Source: Antedon mediterranea (taxonomy: Eukaryota > Animalia > Echinodermata). From it: 64,000 nucleotides of DNA. The translations under genes and the position numbers were made by a program. The stretch lies in assembly GCF_964355755.1 (NCBI RefSeq), contig NC_092676.1, positions 29,488 through 93,487 on the forward strand, read 5' to 3'. Position 1 is the first letter of the stretch. Each line of letters starts with the position of its first letter. The notes below the pieces were generated by a model that made no database searches, was not told the origin of the DNA, and worked only from the letters and a program-made list of their open reading frames with translations. This document shows positions 1 to 12,459 of this stretch, piece by piece.

Positions 1-347
1 GGAAGGATGATAAAACAAATACTTTAGGTGATCGACCTGTGCCCTCCCCAAGAAAAAATTCTATAAAATCAAGTACTTTTCCAAAGAAGCAACCCTTAGT
101 TAACAGGCCAAACATCGATACATTGCATTGTAAACCAACCAACAATAAGATTTATGAAAATGATTTGCTTAAACAAGAAAGAGATGAGACTTCAATTATT
201 GAAGAAGCACGTTCGGAACAAACTACAAATAATGTGGAAGGATTAGTGTATGCGGAATTGAATTTACAAGAAGCACCTGTTCATTTTGTTAGAATAATGA
301 GGTCTACAGAATACGCAAAAATAAAAAGCAATAATCACAATTTTTAA
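1..347 (+). CDS. 3' end (cytoplasmic tail) of an Ig-superfamily receptor paralogous to 3110-4993; 5' part lies outside the window
   Basis: The frame is open from the window edge to the stop at 347. The tail TTNNVEGLVYAEL...STEYAKI matches TTNNVEGLLYADL...TTYAHI of the next gene (ITIM + ITSM). Confidence 0.8.
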   Translation, partial: KDDKTNTLGDRPVPSPRKNSIKSSTFPKKQPLVNRPNIDTLHCKPTNNKIYENDLLKQERDETSIIEEARSEQTTNNVEGLVYAELNLQEAPVHFVRIMRSTEYAKIKSNNHNF

Positions 348-1809
348 ATATTACCTAAGATATCATCAGACATAAAAGATACATCAATATAGAGAAAAGT
401 CAAAACACCATTATCATCAGACATAAAAGATACATCAATATAGAGACAAGTCAAAACACCATTAATTTTCATCTTTACTTACTAATTGCTACGGAAAATT
501 TTTCTTGGATATGTGTACACTTAAAAAATCTTAGTAAAGTTAATTTTGGTATATAGGTAACTATCATTAAGTTTTTAAATTACAAACACGATGAAGCAAA
601 ACTATGTATGTATACAAAAAAATTCAACATAATAGTATTGAATAGGTACGAATAGTTCACACAGTGTGTCAAAAGGAAATGTGCATGGTCTACAGTCATT
701 TGTAGTAATTTGAAGTAAGGAAATTATGCTACTTAACCCTAACCTTTAATTTATTTTATTTCCACAAACCCGTAAACAAAACCAATTGTGGTAACAATAC
801 ATAAAATGGTTCTCGGTAATGCTACTACAAAAATATTAATTTGTTTTGAAATTATACTATATCATAAGTACAATTATTTAACAGGTTTTACTTGGATAAC
901 ACAGCATCGTACCACTTTTAATTCAACAAGATATCAACATATCACACTCAACAAATTACATATGTACCCATGTGTATTATTTTATATTTTACAAACAACT
1001 TTGCTGTTTTACTAATTGGTTCACAAAATCTAGGTCTATTTGTTAATCATTTTAGGTGTTATTAATTTTTTGTTTTTTTCAATAGATTGATTTGATTTTT
1101 TTGAAAATATCATACGAATGGATTATACCATGTGTAGATGCATCTACATTTATATCTTTATGATAACGAGTAAGTGAGGGAACTCATGCTTTAGGGTTAG
1201 GGTTAGATTGATTGATAATCGAATGGATTATACCATGTGTAGATGCATCTACATTTATATCTTTATGATAACGAGTAAGTGAGGGAACTCATGCTTTAGT
1301 TTTATTTGTGATGATTGCGAGTTTAGAATTTGTTCTTTTAATTTATATAAAGTATCTCTTTGAAGATCCATTTATCTGGAATTTATTTCGAGTAAACTGT
1401 GACTAAATATATTGTTATATATAAAGATATGGTTAAGACCGGAAGAACTGTAAATAAACTAACGTGAGAACCATTAAAAAACACTCGGCTTCTCTGCGCC
1501 CCTCTCATGGCCTTTTATTTTGTGTTAGTTCAAATACGATGACCAGCTTGTGTTACTGATGTATACATTTTGGCTAGAGGGCGAACTCCAATGTTAGCAC
1601 ACAGAGCCATAATAAAAAGTTACGAAATTCCGTTCACTGATTTTAGGAAGTCACATGGTACAACACCGACCATCTTTGTGTCCAACTATTCCTGTGTAGC
1701 GCATGAAGTTAAATTCTAATTTATCAAAACAACTCTATTTGTTTAAATAAAAGGTCAATTTTTTTAAATTATTAAATTATTAAGTTACTGAACACACTTT
1801 TACTCGACA

Positions 1810-2150
1810 ATTTAATTTTACTTAACAATTAGTCGATTGAACTGGTTTACAATTTAGGTTACTCCTTTTCTATCTTAATTTAATTTTACTTAACAATAGT
1901 CGATTGAACTGGTTTACAATTTAGGTTACTCCTTTTCTATCTTAATTTAATTTTACTTAACAATTAGTCGATTGAACTGGTTTACAATTTATGTTACTCC
2001 TTTTCTATCTTAATTTAATTTTAATTAACAATTAGTCGATTGAACTGGTTTACAATTTAGGTTATTCCTTTTCTATCTTAATTTAATTTTACTTAACAAT
2101 TAGTCGATTGGACTGGTTTACAATTTATGTTACTCGTTTTTTATCTTCTG
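1810..2150. repeat. ~69-bp minisatellite, ~5 copies
   Basis: Repeated unit aatttaattttacttaacaattagtcgattgaactggtttacaatttaggttactccttttctatctt. Confidence 0.9.
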
Positions 2151-3109
2151 TTTAAATTTCCTTCAAATATGTTTCAATATTGAGGGTTAATACAATTTCC
2201 GATGGCGTAGTTTTAATTAAATGAATGATAACTGTTTGACAAAGGAAGCTTATTAGACTAATAACCTTCTAGAATGCAGGGATGTCACCAACCAACCAAA
2301 ATCATCTTGTCTTCCTACAATGTTACAGATTCTCGACGTCAGGACACAAGTTGATAAGAAAATACGGAAAAGGTCGAAGGACAAGAATTCATACACAAAC
2401 ACGATTTATGTATTGAACACATAATGTCTCTTTGGCTTGATTTGTAATGTACATATTTGGAGCTAAATAAAATTTAAAAAACAACTTATTGGTATAATGA
2501 TGGATAAATTACTTCTTGATAAAACATAATCTATATAAAGCAAGTGTGTAGCATAAACAAATATTGTATAAAAACAAACATCGTGGTTAGAAGAAACCAG
2601 ATTACATTCATGTAATCAAATAAACTCTTCAATCTAATAGGGCCTTACCACTTCAACATAACACAATTTTGGAAAAAAGTTAATGTACTCTAGTTTGGTA
2701 TCCCTGATTGTGGTGGAAAGGGGAGACATGCCAACCAAGACTTTTTCATTATAGCCCACTGAATTTAGATTCTTTGTGTATCATATATCGTAATACATTA
2801 ATTTGAATATATCCGCCTGATTGGTAGTGGTACTAAATTTAAGGTTGAATTATGTGTTATTGTGAGTCATTTGGAGTAAATCTGTTTCATTGGTTGATTT
2901 TTAGCATTATAATTAGCAGGAAATGACAAAAAAGCACAGTATAAAATATAGTACAGTTTAGAATATTGCTTTAACGATATGCTGTGTCAGTTTTTGTTGT
3001 ACCAAAGATATCTTTAACATGCTAGGGACCTATAGATAATATAGTTTATTCCTGTTGCCAAGTTGCAAATAAGGTACTTATTCACCATAGAAGGAAGTAA
3101 AGTACTAAA

Positions 3110-4993
3110 ATGAAAGTCGTTGCTCTTGAAATTTTACTTATATATATAGTTTATATATGTGTTTCTACTAGAGGACAGACGGCTACTCTACAAACATCTT
3201 CCAACTCTGAAGAAACATTTTCTGGTCAACAAGTGACGTTAACCTGTGACGTAGAGAATGGCTTTGATACTAGCCGTCATCACATTTATTGGTCAAAAAT
3301 GGATGGATCAAAAGAAACGTATCTTAGTAAAGATAGAAAAGTATACAATTCAGTCGAAGTAAATCTACGACGCCGGTTGTCTATCACTGGAGATATTACA
3401 CAAGGTTTTTTTAATCTTCATATTCAAGAAACAAAAAAGAAGGATGCGGGTATTTATATTTGTGTTTTATATGATAAGAGAGGGATAGACAAAGCTTCTA
3501 TACGATTAGACTTGACTATAATACAAGTAAGAACACCAGATACGGGTTATCCTAAATGTGAGATGTCACCAAAACAACCAAGACTAAATGACAAAGTAAC
3601 ATTTACTTGTCTATCAAAAGGAAGCATTCCAAAGGTTTCGCTAAACTGGATGAGAGCTGATGATACTGTATCTCAACATGATGTTGCGGATTCTACAAGA
3701 AATGCTGTTTTTACACAACACATAATATTAGAAACTGACAACATGGTTCCTTTTACATGTACTGCACATGGAACCTCATTACACCGTCCCATAAATTGTT
3801 CTGTTGTTCCTTTTTCGTTTCCTACCATGGTGAACATCTCTCCTTTTTTTAAAAAGCTAACAATTGGCCAGAATATTACATTAAAATGTACAGCTGTAGC
3901 CATTCCTAGTCCTGATAGATTCAAGTGGACATATGGTAAAGGAAATAAGTTAATTAGAATTTCAAAAAGTTTAGGCCGTTTCGAACTTTTAAACAACGGA
4001 AGAACATTAAGAATTCAAAATATATCGATTAATGATAATAATATACCAGTGAAGTGCACCGTTAGGAACTCAATGAATATTAAAGGGTCAAAGGAAACTA
4101 CGTTAAAAGTAATATCCAAATCTTCAGGATCGAATGCCGATAATAATCCAGAAACAAGTCCTCGGATACCAAAGCCAACAGCTACAAATGAGATAATTAC
4201 AAGAAGAAAACCTAATAGACCACATCTAATTTCTCCTGGTATCCTCATGGATGAGAAGATACATGAAACAGTAGATTTAAATACACAAGATAAAGCACCT
4301 ACGGGCAATACACCTCTATTTGACAAACATCAACCTAACAATAATGGCAGGGCAGGACTTTTAACAGGTGGTCTAATTGGTATAGCTTGTCTTCTTGGGG
4401 CAATATTTTTAGTTGCTTTGATGCTCATCAAGTTAAAAAGAGATGAAAATAGTGGAAATCTTGTTATGACTAGAAAATTAGAGCATACTGTTACATATAC
4501 ACCGGAACGATATTTATGTTCAGAAAATGGCAACAACAAAATGACTAACGAAGATTCTGATCTTTCACAAGCAGTCAAAGATCGCGTTCAAGCTGAACAA
4601 CTTTTAAGAAATTCTATTATTGCATCACAGGCAATAGACAACACTATAGATTCGAAAAATAATCAGAAAAAGTTAAAGAATGATTTATCGAAAACAAAAT
4701 TCACTGAAACAACGCGTCGCCGACCCAATTTAGTATTTAAGCGTTTCGCTCGTCCTCTAACAGCCGACTCTTCTCCTAGAAGTATGCAGTTAAAAACAAA
4801 TTCACTTCCGTCGAATTGCAATCTACAAACTGATTCTAGCACAATTCAAAGAAAAGAAAAAAGAACAACAAACAATGTTGAGGGGCTTTTATATGCGGAT
4901 TTAGACTTTACGAATGTTAAAACTAGTCAGAACATTATTCCAAATAGTTGTGAAACCACGTATGCTCACATAGCGAGTTTTCTTAAAAAGTAG
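3110..4993 (+). CDS. Intronless type I membrane Ig-superfamily receptor (signal peptide, V, C2 and I/C2 Ig domains, Pro/Thr stalk, TM, cytoplasmic ITIM+ITSM); nectin/CADM-like ectodomain
   Basis: 627-aa ORF. Ig signatures VTLTC..IYW..FNLHI..DAGIYIC, VTFTC..LNW..FTC and ITLKC..FKW..TLRI..VKC. TM segment LLTGGLIGIACLLGAIFLVALMLI. Tail motifs LLYADL and TTYAHI. Confidence 0.9.
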   Translation: MKVVALEILLIYIVYICVSTRGQTATLQTSSNSEETFSGQQVTLTCDVENGFDTSRHHIYWSKMDGSKETYLSKDRKVYNSVEVNLRRRLSITGDITQGFFNLHIQETKKKDAGIYICVLYDKRGIDKASIRLDLTIIQVRTPDTGYPKCEMSPKQPRLNDKVTFTCLSKGSIPKVSLNWMRADDTVSQHDVADSTRNAVFTQHIILETDNMVPFTCTAHGTSLHRPINCSVVPFSFPTMVNISPFFKKLTIGQNITLKCTAVAIPSPDRFKWTYGKGNKLIRISKSLGRFELLNNGRTLRIQNISINDNNIPVKCTVRNSMNIKGSKETTLKVISKSSGSNADNNPETSPRIPKPTATNEIITRRKPNRPHLISPGILMDEKIHETVDLNTQDKAPTGNTPLFDKHQPNNNGRAGLLTGGLIGIACLLGAIFLVALMLIKLKRDENSGNLVMTRKLEHTVTYTPERYLCSENGNNKMTNEDSDLSQAVKDRVQAEQLLRNSIIASQAIDNTIDSKNNQKKLKNDLSKTKFTETTRRRPNLVFKRFARPLTADSSPRSMQLKTNSLPSNCNLQTDSSTIQRKEKRTTNNVEGLLYADLDFTNVKTSQNIIPNSCETTYAHIASFLKK

Positions 4994-5786
4994 ATAGAAA
5001 GATTAATTGTTTAACTACCGGTATACAATAAGTGTTAATATAATTGCTGGATTTATTTTTGATAATAGTAATAACTAAACTAATGGCTGAAAATTCTTAC
5101 AAACCCTTTTTTGAACGAACATTTATGTAAGATCTTAAACAAATTAAAGTCGAAATTGTTGTAAAGTTAACTTATAAGGAATATTTGTGTTAGCAATGCT
5201 ATTCATTTCTGTTTATTATTTATTTTCATATTCCGAATCTAGGCATGTAAATAGTATGAGAAAAAGTAATTATACAATAAAAGTGAATTGAAATTGAATT
5301 GAATATAACTTCGTGAAATGCAAAACAGTTATGTAAGCTATCTACCAGTATGTATGTTTGTATTTCATTGTCTGAATCAGAATGATTTAATACATAAATA
5401 TATGCTAAATCGTAAAACACTAAATAAACAAAAAAATACTATGTTATTACATGCAAATTCAATTCAATTTGGTGGTAATTTCTAAGTAGGATAATTGTTC
5501 CTCATATAGCAAAAAAAAGATATCGCAGGTGGACTTTGAGGTAGGCCTACACCAGATTTTGAAAATATGAACCGTTTTGAATACGAACGTACGTGTAGGC
5601 CTACTTCTCCAGGAAACGACAATACATACATACGTACCTACATCTAGACCTAATGTAAGTAATGACTGACGTCTAACATTCATCTAAATGATGTAACTAA
5701 GCCAAGACTATAAATATATAGGAAAGGTATGAGCCAATACAGATGCAGGGGCTGCTATAAGAGTCTATAACCGTGCTAATTTAAAT

Positions 5787-5895
5787 AATACAGATATTCA
5801 GATGGTCTCCCATCCAAGCTCTAACCTGGCCCAAAGTTGCTTAACTTTTGTGATGTGGCGAGAACCGGCGTATCAACATGGATAAGACCGTATAA
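5787..5895 (-). pseudogene. Degenerate 5S rRNA copy (pseudogene or 5S-derived SINE head)
   Basis: The + strand ggtctcccatccaagctctaacctggcccaaagttgcttaactttt...cgagaaccgg...accgta resembles the reverse complement of animal 5S rRNA with many substitutions. Solitary copy. Confidence 0.75.
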
Positions 5896-7337
5896 CACAT
5901 CAAGAATCGTTTTACCACTATGTGCAGAAGGTTGAAAATAGTGCTAAAATCTACTTGCCAATGTTAGTTTAAAACTTTTAAAAGGTAAAATCGGCAAGCT
6001 GATTATTCATCCATTTTACGATATTTGATATTATATTTTATTAGTTGTTGATCATTTGATGTTATGACGTCACATGCAGTATAAGATTAGTAGGCCTACC
6101 CATCTTTTGCATTATCATAATATCATCATTATAATTTACACCAAAAGAAAGAAGCAGTCTCATTCATAGTTACATATACATTTTTAAGTTATCACCACAT
6201 GTTATGGCATTAACCGCTCGGCCACTAACTCACTTAATTAACTTTACTAATTAACTCACTTAATTAATTGATCATTACACTTCATCGCAGCTTTATGCAG
6301 ATTACATGAATACTCATTGTCAATAAGATTTTTAATTTTGAAACAAAAATATAATCCAAATATATTTTGAATTGTGACGTACCTTTCTTGATGTATAATC
6401 GAGATTTATAGATACAAAATACAAAAATGGAGGTTAACAATTGTTCTTTTGTAACTGCAATACACCATTGGAATTTGTTTGCTTCTTTGTTAGGAAAACA
6501 TTCCACTGTAATTACGTTGTTAAATGTACATCAAACTGTGTTTTTTTAAATACACATGTTCTAAATTTTCAATTTAATGTTGACAATTATGACATTTATC
6601 AGTTATAGGCAATGTCAAAATGTTAAATCTTTTATTTCATTTTGCAAGGACAAATGCACCACACCTGTAGTAGTAGGCCTATTGTAGTACAGTATATACT
6701 GTAATTTAAATAGATTGTATGTAGTTACTGGTACATAAACCTTGTGTCGGTAATTTGTCAAGGGAATAAGTATTTCCTTTAACAATGATTCATATTCCTG
6801 TTTTAACTCATGTGTCGTGATGTGATGGTTCCTGTAACACTGTTAATACACTAAGCCGCATACGGACAATGAGGCTTGAAATCAAAATCTTCGTTGTACT
6901 ATCATACACGAAAAAAGTGCCATGGTCTGAGGTTTCAATCTGAAAGCGGGTTTTGACATTTTTAACATAACTAGAGGGTGAACGCGCTTTGCTCGCTCTA
7001 GTAATTAGTGTGGAAAAACGTTTTTGCATTATGTTTACCTATTTCAGAATTATATATATCCCCTTATTTCACAACGAGGTAGTCCTATCATAACTGATAA
7101 AAAAAATCGTTTTAAAAGTTTTAGTTTTGTGAAAAGAAATGAGATCGATATCTAGCTTTAAAGGAAATGATTGTTATACAAATACTATATATAAGGAATG
7201 TTTTTGGAGTTGGATGGTGAGAATGTTTTATGAGTTGGAAAATTGACTGCTATATTTTAACGAGGCGGAGCCGAGTTGAAAATATAATTTGTTGGTATTA
7301 CTAAAGAACGATGGTTACACACAATATTTCTCAATTG

Positions 7338-7655
7338 GCGTACGCGCAACAAAGATCAAATTAAGACCCTTCATATTTTAGTATTATTTATACACGAATC
7401 GGGATATATAAACATTGCGTACGAGAGCAACAAAGATCAAATTAAGACCCTTCATATTTTAGTATTATTTATACATGAATCGGGATATATAAACATTGCG
7501 TACGCGCAACAAAGATCAAATTAAGACCCTTCATATTTTAGTATTATTTATACACGAATCGGGATATATAAACATTGCGTACGCGCAACAAAGATCAAAT
7601 TAAGACCCTTCATATTTTAGTATTATTTATACACGAATCGGGATATATAAACATT
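7338..7655. repeat. ~79-bp minisatellite, 4 copies
   Basis: Unit gcgtacgcgcaacaaagatcaaattaagacccttcatattttag...gggatatataaacatt. Confidence 0.9.
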
Positions 7656-7974
7656 AGACATTAGAAGAAATTCTAAACCACCTCAGAGTAATATACTGAA
7701 AATTGTTTTCAAAACCATAAACTTAAGGAAATCTCTGACTATATTTGAACTTGGATCCTAGCTTTATTATTTGTCCGAGTTAAAACAGAAATCATGAATA
7801 GTTCAATGTATCCAAGACTGGGATAATTATTATGAATGTCAAAAAACAAATGCATTAAATAAATAATACAAATAATAATACAAATAATACAAATAATGTA
7901 TCCAAGACTGGGATAATTATTATGAATGTCAGAAAACAAATGTAGCACACACCAGGTGGGGAATTTTAACAATT

Positions 7975-8370
7975 ATATTGATCATACATGCTCCTATATA
8001 TCATACATCCATACATACATTGATCATACATGCTTCTATATATCATCCATACATACATTGATCATACATGCTTCTATATATCATCCATACATACATTGAT
8101 CATACATGCTTCTATATATCATACATACATACATTGATCATACATGCTTCTATATATCATACATACATACATTGATCATACATGCTTCTATATATCATAC
8201 ATACATACATTGATCATACATTCTCATATATATCATCCATACATACATTGATCATACATGCTTCTATATATCATACATACATACATTGATCATACATGCT
8301 TCTATATATCATACATACATACATTGATCATACATGCTTCTATATATCATACATGCTCCTATATATCATC
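7975..8370. repeat. ~39-bp minisatellite, ~10 copies
   Basis: Unit attgatcatacatgcttctatatatcatacatacatac. Confidence 0.9.
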
Positions 8371-9077
8371 ATTTTTAGGATTTTTATTATGCTAAACGAT
8401 TTTGTTGAAAATAAGTATAGTTTATTTCAATCAACTCTATTTTCAATGACGGATAGACGGACGGACGGACGGACATATAGATTAACGGGTTTAAATTATA
8501 AATCAAAATAGGAAATTGCCATTAAACAAAACAGTAGGTCTATATATAATGTGTTGGTGTGCTGACGTTATCAAAATCAAACAGGAAGATGAAAATTTCG
8601 GAAGATAGTGATTTTTTTTACCCTTTTCAGCACTTTTGTGTAATTAATGTGCGCATTTTTAACCTGCTCGTATAGCGTTATTTAAAGTCGGAATGGACTC
8701 GGTGAATGTACTAAGGATGGTGAGTAGAATGCGATTTATACCAAAAATTGTATTTTTTACGCTTTCTAGATATCGCGCGTGCAAAAACGTGTTTTTGCGC
8801 AGTAATTTCTTGAAATACGCAAATGGCCTAACATGCTCTAAATTTATTAAATTTACGTTAAACTTTTAACGCGCGATTTCACGCGATTTGAAATGGCATG
8901 TAAATGACGTCACGGTTGAGAGATCACGCTGAAAACCTTACTAGGATTGAATTTAATTATTCCAAAGATATTGTCAGATTTTGGTGATCATTGAAATGTT
9001 TTTGATTACACATAGTAGTGCACAGAAAGACGAATTAATAATAACGATTTCAAACAATATATGATCATTTTTTCTAA

Positions 9078-10366
9078 ATGATCACCTAATAAGAACGCAG
9101 TAAACTTACATACTGTCCTTATTCAAACAATGTATGATCACCTAATAAGAACGCAGTAAACTTACATACTGTCCTTATTCAAACAATTCATGATCACCTA
9201 ATAAGAACGCAGTAAACTTACATACTGTCCTTATTCAAACAATTCATGATCACCTAATAAGAACGCAGTAAACTTACATACTGTCCTTATTCAAACAATT
9301 CATGATCACCTAATAAGAACGCAGTAAACTTACATACTGTCCTTATTCAAACAATTCATGATCACCTAATAAGAACGCAGTAAACTTACATACTGTCCTT
9401 ATTCAAACAATTCATGATCACCTAATAAGAACGCAGTAAACTTACATACTGTCCTTATTCAAACAATTCATGATCACCTAATAAGAACGCAGTAAACTTA
9501 CATACTGTCCTTATTCAAACAATTCATGATCACCTAATAAGAACGCAGTAAACTTACATACTGTCCTTATTCAAACAATTCATGATCATCTAATAAGAAC
9601 GCAGTAAACTTACATACTGTTCTTATTCAAACAATTCATGATCACCTAATAAGAACGCAGTAAACTTACATACTGTCCTTATTCAAACAATTCATGATCA
9701 CCTAATAAGAACGCAGTAAACTTACATACTGTCCTTATTCAAACAATTCATGATCACCTAATAAGAACGCAGTAAACTTACATACTGTCCTTATTCAAAC
9801 AATTCATGATCACCTAATAAGAACGCAGTAAACTTACATACTGTCCTTATTCAAACAATTCATGATCATCTAATAAGAACGCAGTAAACTTACATACTGT
9901 CCTTATTCAAACAATTCATGATCACCTAATAAGAACGCAGTAAACTTACATACTGTCCTTATTCAAACAATTCATGATCATCTAATAAGAACGCAGTAAA
10001 CTTACATACTGTCCTTATTCAAACAATTCATGATCACCTAATAAGAACGCAGTAAACTTACATACTGTCCTTATTCAAACAATTCATGATCACCTAATAA
10101 GAACGCAGTAAACTTACATACTGTCCTTATTCAAACAATTCATGATCACCTAATAAGAACGCAGTAAACTTACATACTGTCCTTATTCAAACAATTCATG
10201 ATCACCTAATAAGAACGCAGTAAACTTACATACTGTCCTTATTCAAACAATTCATGATCACCTAATAAGAACGCAGTAAACTTACATACTGTCCTTATTC
10301 AAACAATTCATGATCACCTAATAAGAACGCAGTAAACTTACATACTGTCCTTATTCAAACAATTCA
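9078..10366. repeat. 56-bp minisatellite, ~23 nearly identical copies
   Basis: Unit atgatcacctaataagaacgcagtaaacttacatactgtccttattcaaacaattc; no spacers between units. Confidence 0.95.
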
Positions 10367-10881
10367 AGGTATCCAACTAAGAAATCTAGATTGCTGAGCT
10401 CCTATAATACTTAATACACTGTGCTTGTCAAGCCAATTGCTTAATCTGTAATAGTAGTTGTATATTTAAATTACTCAAGTACAGGTGGATGCAACAATAG
10501 GCTACAAGCAGTATGGACCTTTAGTAGGCCTATATTATGGAGGAAATCCATGCTAAAAAAAGGGATCTTCTTAATTAAGTACTTGTGATTCATAACACCA
10601 TAGATAAATATCTATGACTACACTAAAATGTCATTTTGCCGGTTCAATCAGTTAATTTATGTAGGAATAATAATGTAATTTTTACTAACAATTACCAAAC
10701 AATGCATGGGCCAAGGAACAGAGGAAATTATTAGGAATTCATAGACCGTAATGCACCGTACTTAGCCAATGATTAGTCGAGGTCAAATTACTAGACTCGT
10801 TATACTTGACTGAACATCATCAGTGCAAGACAGTTTTAATGACATCATACACGGCGGCCTTGTGATTCAGCTGCAATCAAA

Positions 10882-12459
10882 ATGGAAACGACTGCCGTAT
10901 TTTTCTTATTTCTATTTAGTTTCATTAATAAATCGTTTGCTAATCTAATTCATCAACCTGAAGACACCATTGCTGAAGTCGGGGATACTGTAGTTTTAAG
11001 GTGTTCAGTTGATCCAGGACCAGAAGTGAACGTTTACTGGCAATTATTAACAGCAGACGCTGTGGTATATTTAACAGACAATACGCGCGTCTATCCCGGT
11101 AGCGAATCCAATACTCTAAACGATAGACTTACAATTGTAGGTGATGACAAGACAGGGGTATTTGATTTAAGAATAAAACCAATTTATGGAAGCGATTCAG
11201 GAAAATTCCTATGTTTGTATTTTGTTGATGGATTACATCAGAAGTCATCACGTGTCGCTACTCTTACAGTTCTATCGCCACCGTTTGAAGAGTACCCGAT
11301 TTGTTCTTTGACTCCAAAGAATAATCTACAAATTGGTGATTTTATACGGATGACATGTGTGACATCAGGAGGAATACCGCCTGCTAGGATATATTGGAAA
11401 CGATTTGAAGAAATGTTACCTGCCTATTTACATGAACAAGATGGACGAATATATATTTCCTATGAATTTACATTATCTGAATTGGACAACGGTGCTGTAT
11501 TTACATGTGAAGCCGTGTCACCTGCCATTAGGTCACCACGGTTTTGTAGCGTCAGACCATATCGAAATGAAACGAAAGTTCGAATCCACTCTAGATCTAA
11601 ATTAATTATTGGCAATGATGGCATATTCGATTGTATAGCCTCTGCAATTCCACCAGCAGATATTTTCGAATGGCGAATAAATAATAATATTGTAGATGTA
11701 AAAGATGGTAGACTTCACTTAGAAAATTATAACCAAACATTACGTATATCTTCGCTAAATATTTCAGATAAAAATAATGAGATATCTTGTGTTGCAGGAA
11801 ACACGTATGTCGTAGTGACTGGTAACGCATCAATGAGTTTGTCCATAAGCAAGGTAGCCTCGGTAAATGGACCTGAAATTGTTGGTATATGCATTGGAAT
11901 ATTTCTGGTAATTATTTCGGCTGTCATTTTATTGTATTTTTTGCTTAAATACAAAAAGAAACGTGACTTTTTTAAAGATTTAGATTTTGACAAAGCATGT
12001 AGGAATAGTTACGTCTTTCCTCGTCAGTTTTTCTCAAGAAGATCACAAAATGAATGTATGAATCGAAAAGACACAGCACCTGAAAACGATCGCCGCCAGT
12101 CTCGAGTAATTGTATGCTCGACACCACAAGAAGCAATTAATATACACAGCACAGAATTACAACGGATTCCAGAGAATCAATCGCCTAATCCACGTTATTC
12201 TGTTGGATTTTATTCGACAAATGCTACAGTCTCTAATCACAATGAATCAAGACTTTATAATGAAGTATTAGGTGATAAAGATGACGAGATTCAAGAAGAC
12301 ATATATGCAAACATAGACGACGAAGATAACCCAAAAGCAACTCCACCTAAGCCTCCTTCACAATCATTAAAACCACGAATAAGTGGACCTATCCTTAACT
12401 ATAGTACCAACAATAGTGTTGATTTAGCTAATGCTATGTATGTGGGTATCATTGATTGA
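10882..12459 (+). CDS. Intronless type I membrane Ig-superfamily receptor (signal peptide, V, C2 and I/C2 Ig domains, TM, Tyr- and Pro-motif tail)
   Basis: 525-aa ORF. Ig signatures VVLRC..VYW..FDLRI..DSGKFLC, IRMTC..IYW..DNGAVFTC and FDC..FEW..TLRI..ISC. TM segment IVGICIGIFLVIISAVILLYFLL followed by KYKKKR. Same domain order and linker (PP..YP.C) as 3110-4993. Confidence 0.9.
   Translation: METTAVFFLFLFSFINKSFANLIHQPEDTIAEVGDTVVLRCSVDPGPEVNVYWQLLTADAVVYLTDNTRVYPGSESNTLNDRLTIVGDDKTGVFDLRIKPIYGSDSGKFLCLYFVDGLHQKSSRVATLTVLSPPFEEYPICSLTPKNNLQIGDFIRMTCVTSGGIPPARIYWKRFEEMLPAYLHEQDGRIYISYEFTLSELDNGAVFTCEAVSPAIRSPRFCSVRPYRNETKVRIHSRSKLIIGNDGIFDCIASAIPPADIFEWRINNNIVDVKDGRLHLENYNQTLRISSLNISDKNNEISCVAGNTYVVVTGNASMSLSISKVASVNGPEIVGICIGIFLVIISAVILLYFLLKYKKKRDFFKDLDFDKACRNSYVFPRQFFSRRSQNECMNRKDTAPENDRRQSRVIVCSTPQEAINIHSTELQRIPENQSPNPRYSVGFYSTNATVSNHNESRLYNEVLGDKDDEIQEDIYANIDDEDNPKATPPKPPSQSLKPRISGPILNYSTNNSVDLANAMYVGIID

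Noticed and set aside
3673-4578. Antisense ORFs within the Ig and GPCR genes (also 11606-11993 and 35323-35670)
   Set aside because: They are shadow frames of real coding sequence with no recognisable motifs.
3110-4993. True Siglec or PD-1 orthologue
   Set aside because: The V domain has a canonical DAGIYIC strand without the sialic-acid-binding Arg; only the tail architecture is similar.
9078-10366. Regular repeat arrays (also 23195-23695 and 38760-40039) as CRISPR arrays
   Set aside because: Units are head-to-tail with no unique spacers, there are no cas genes, and the context is eukaryotic.
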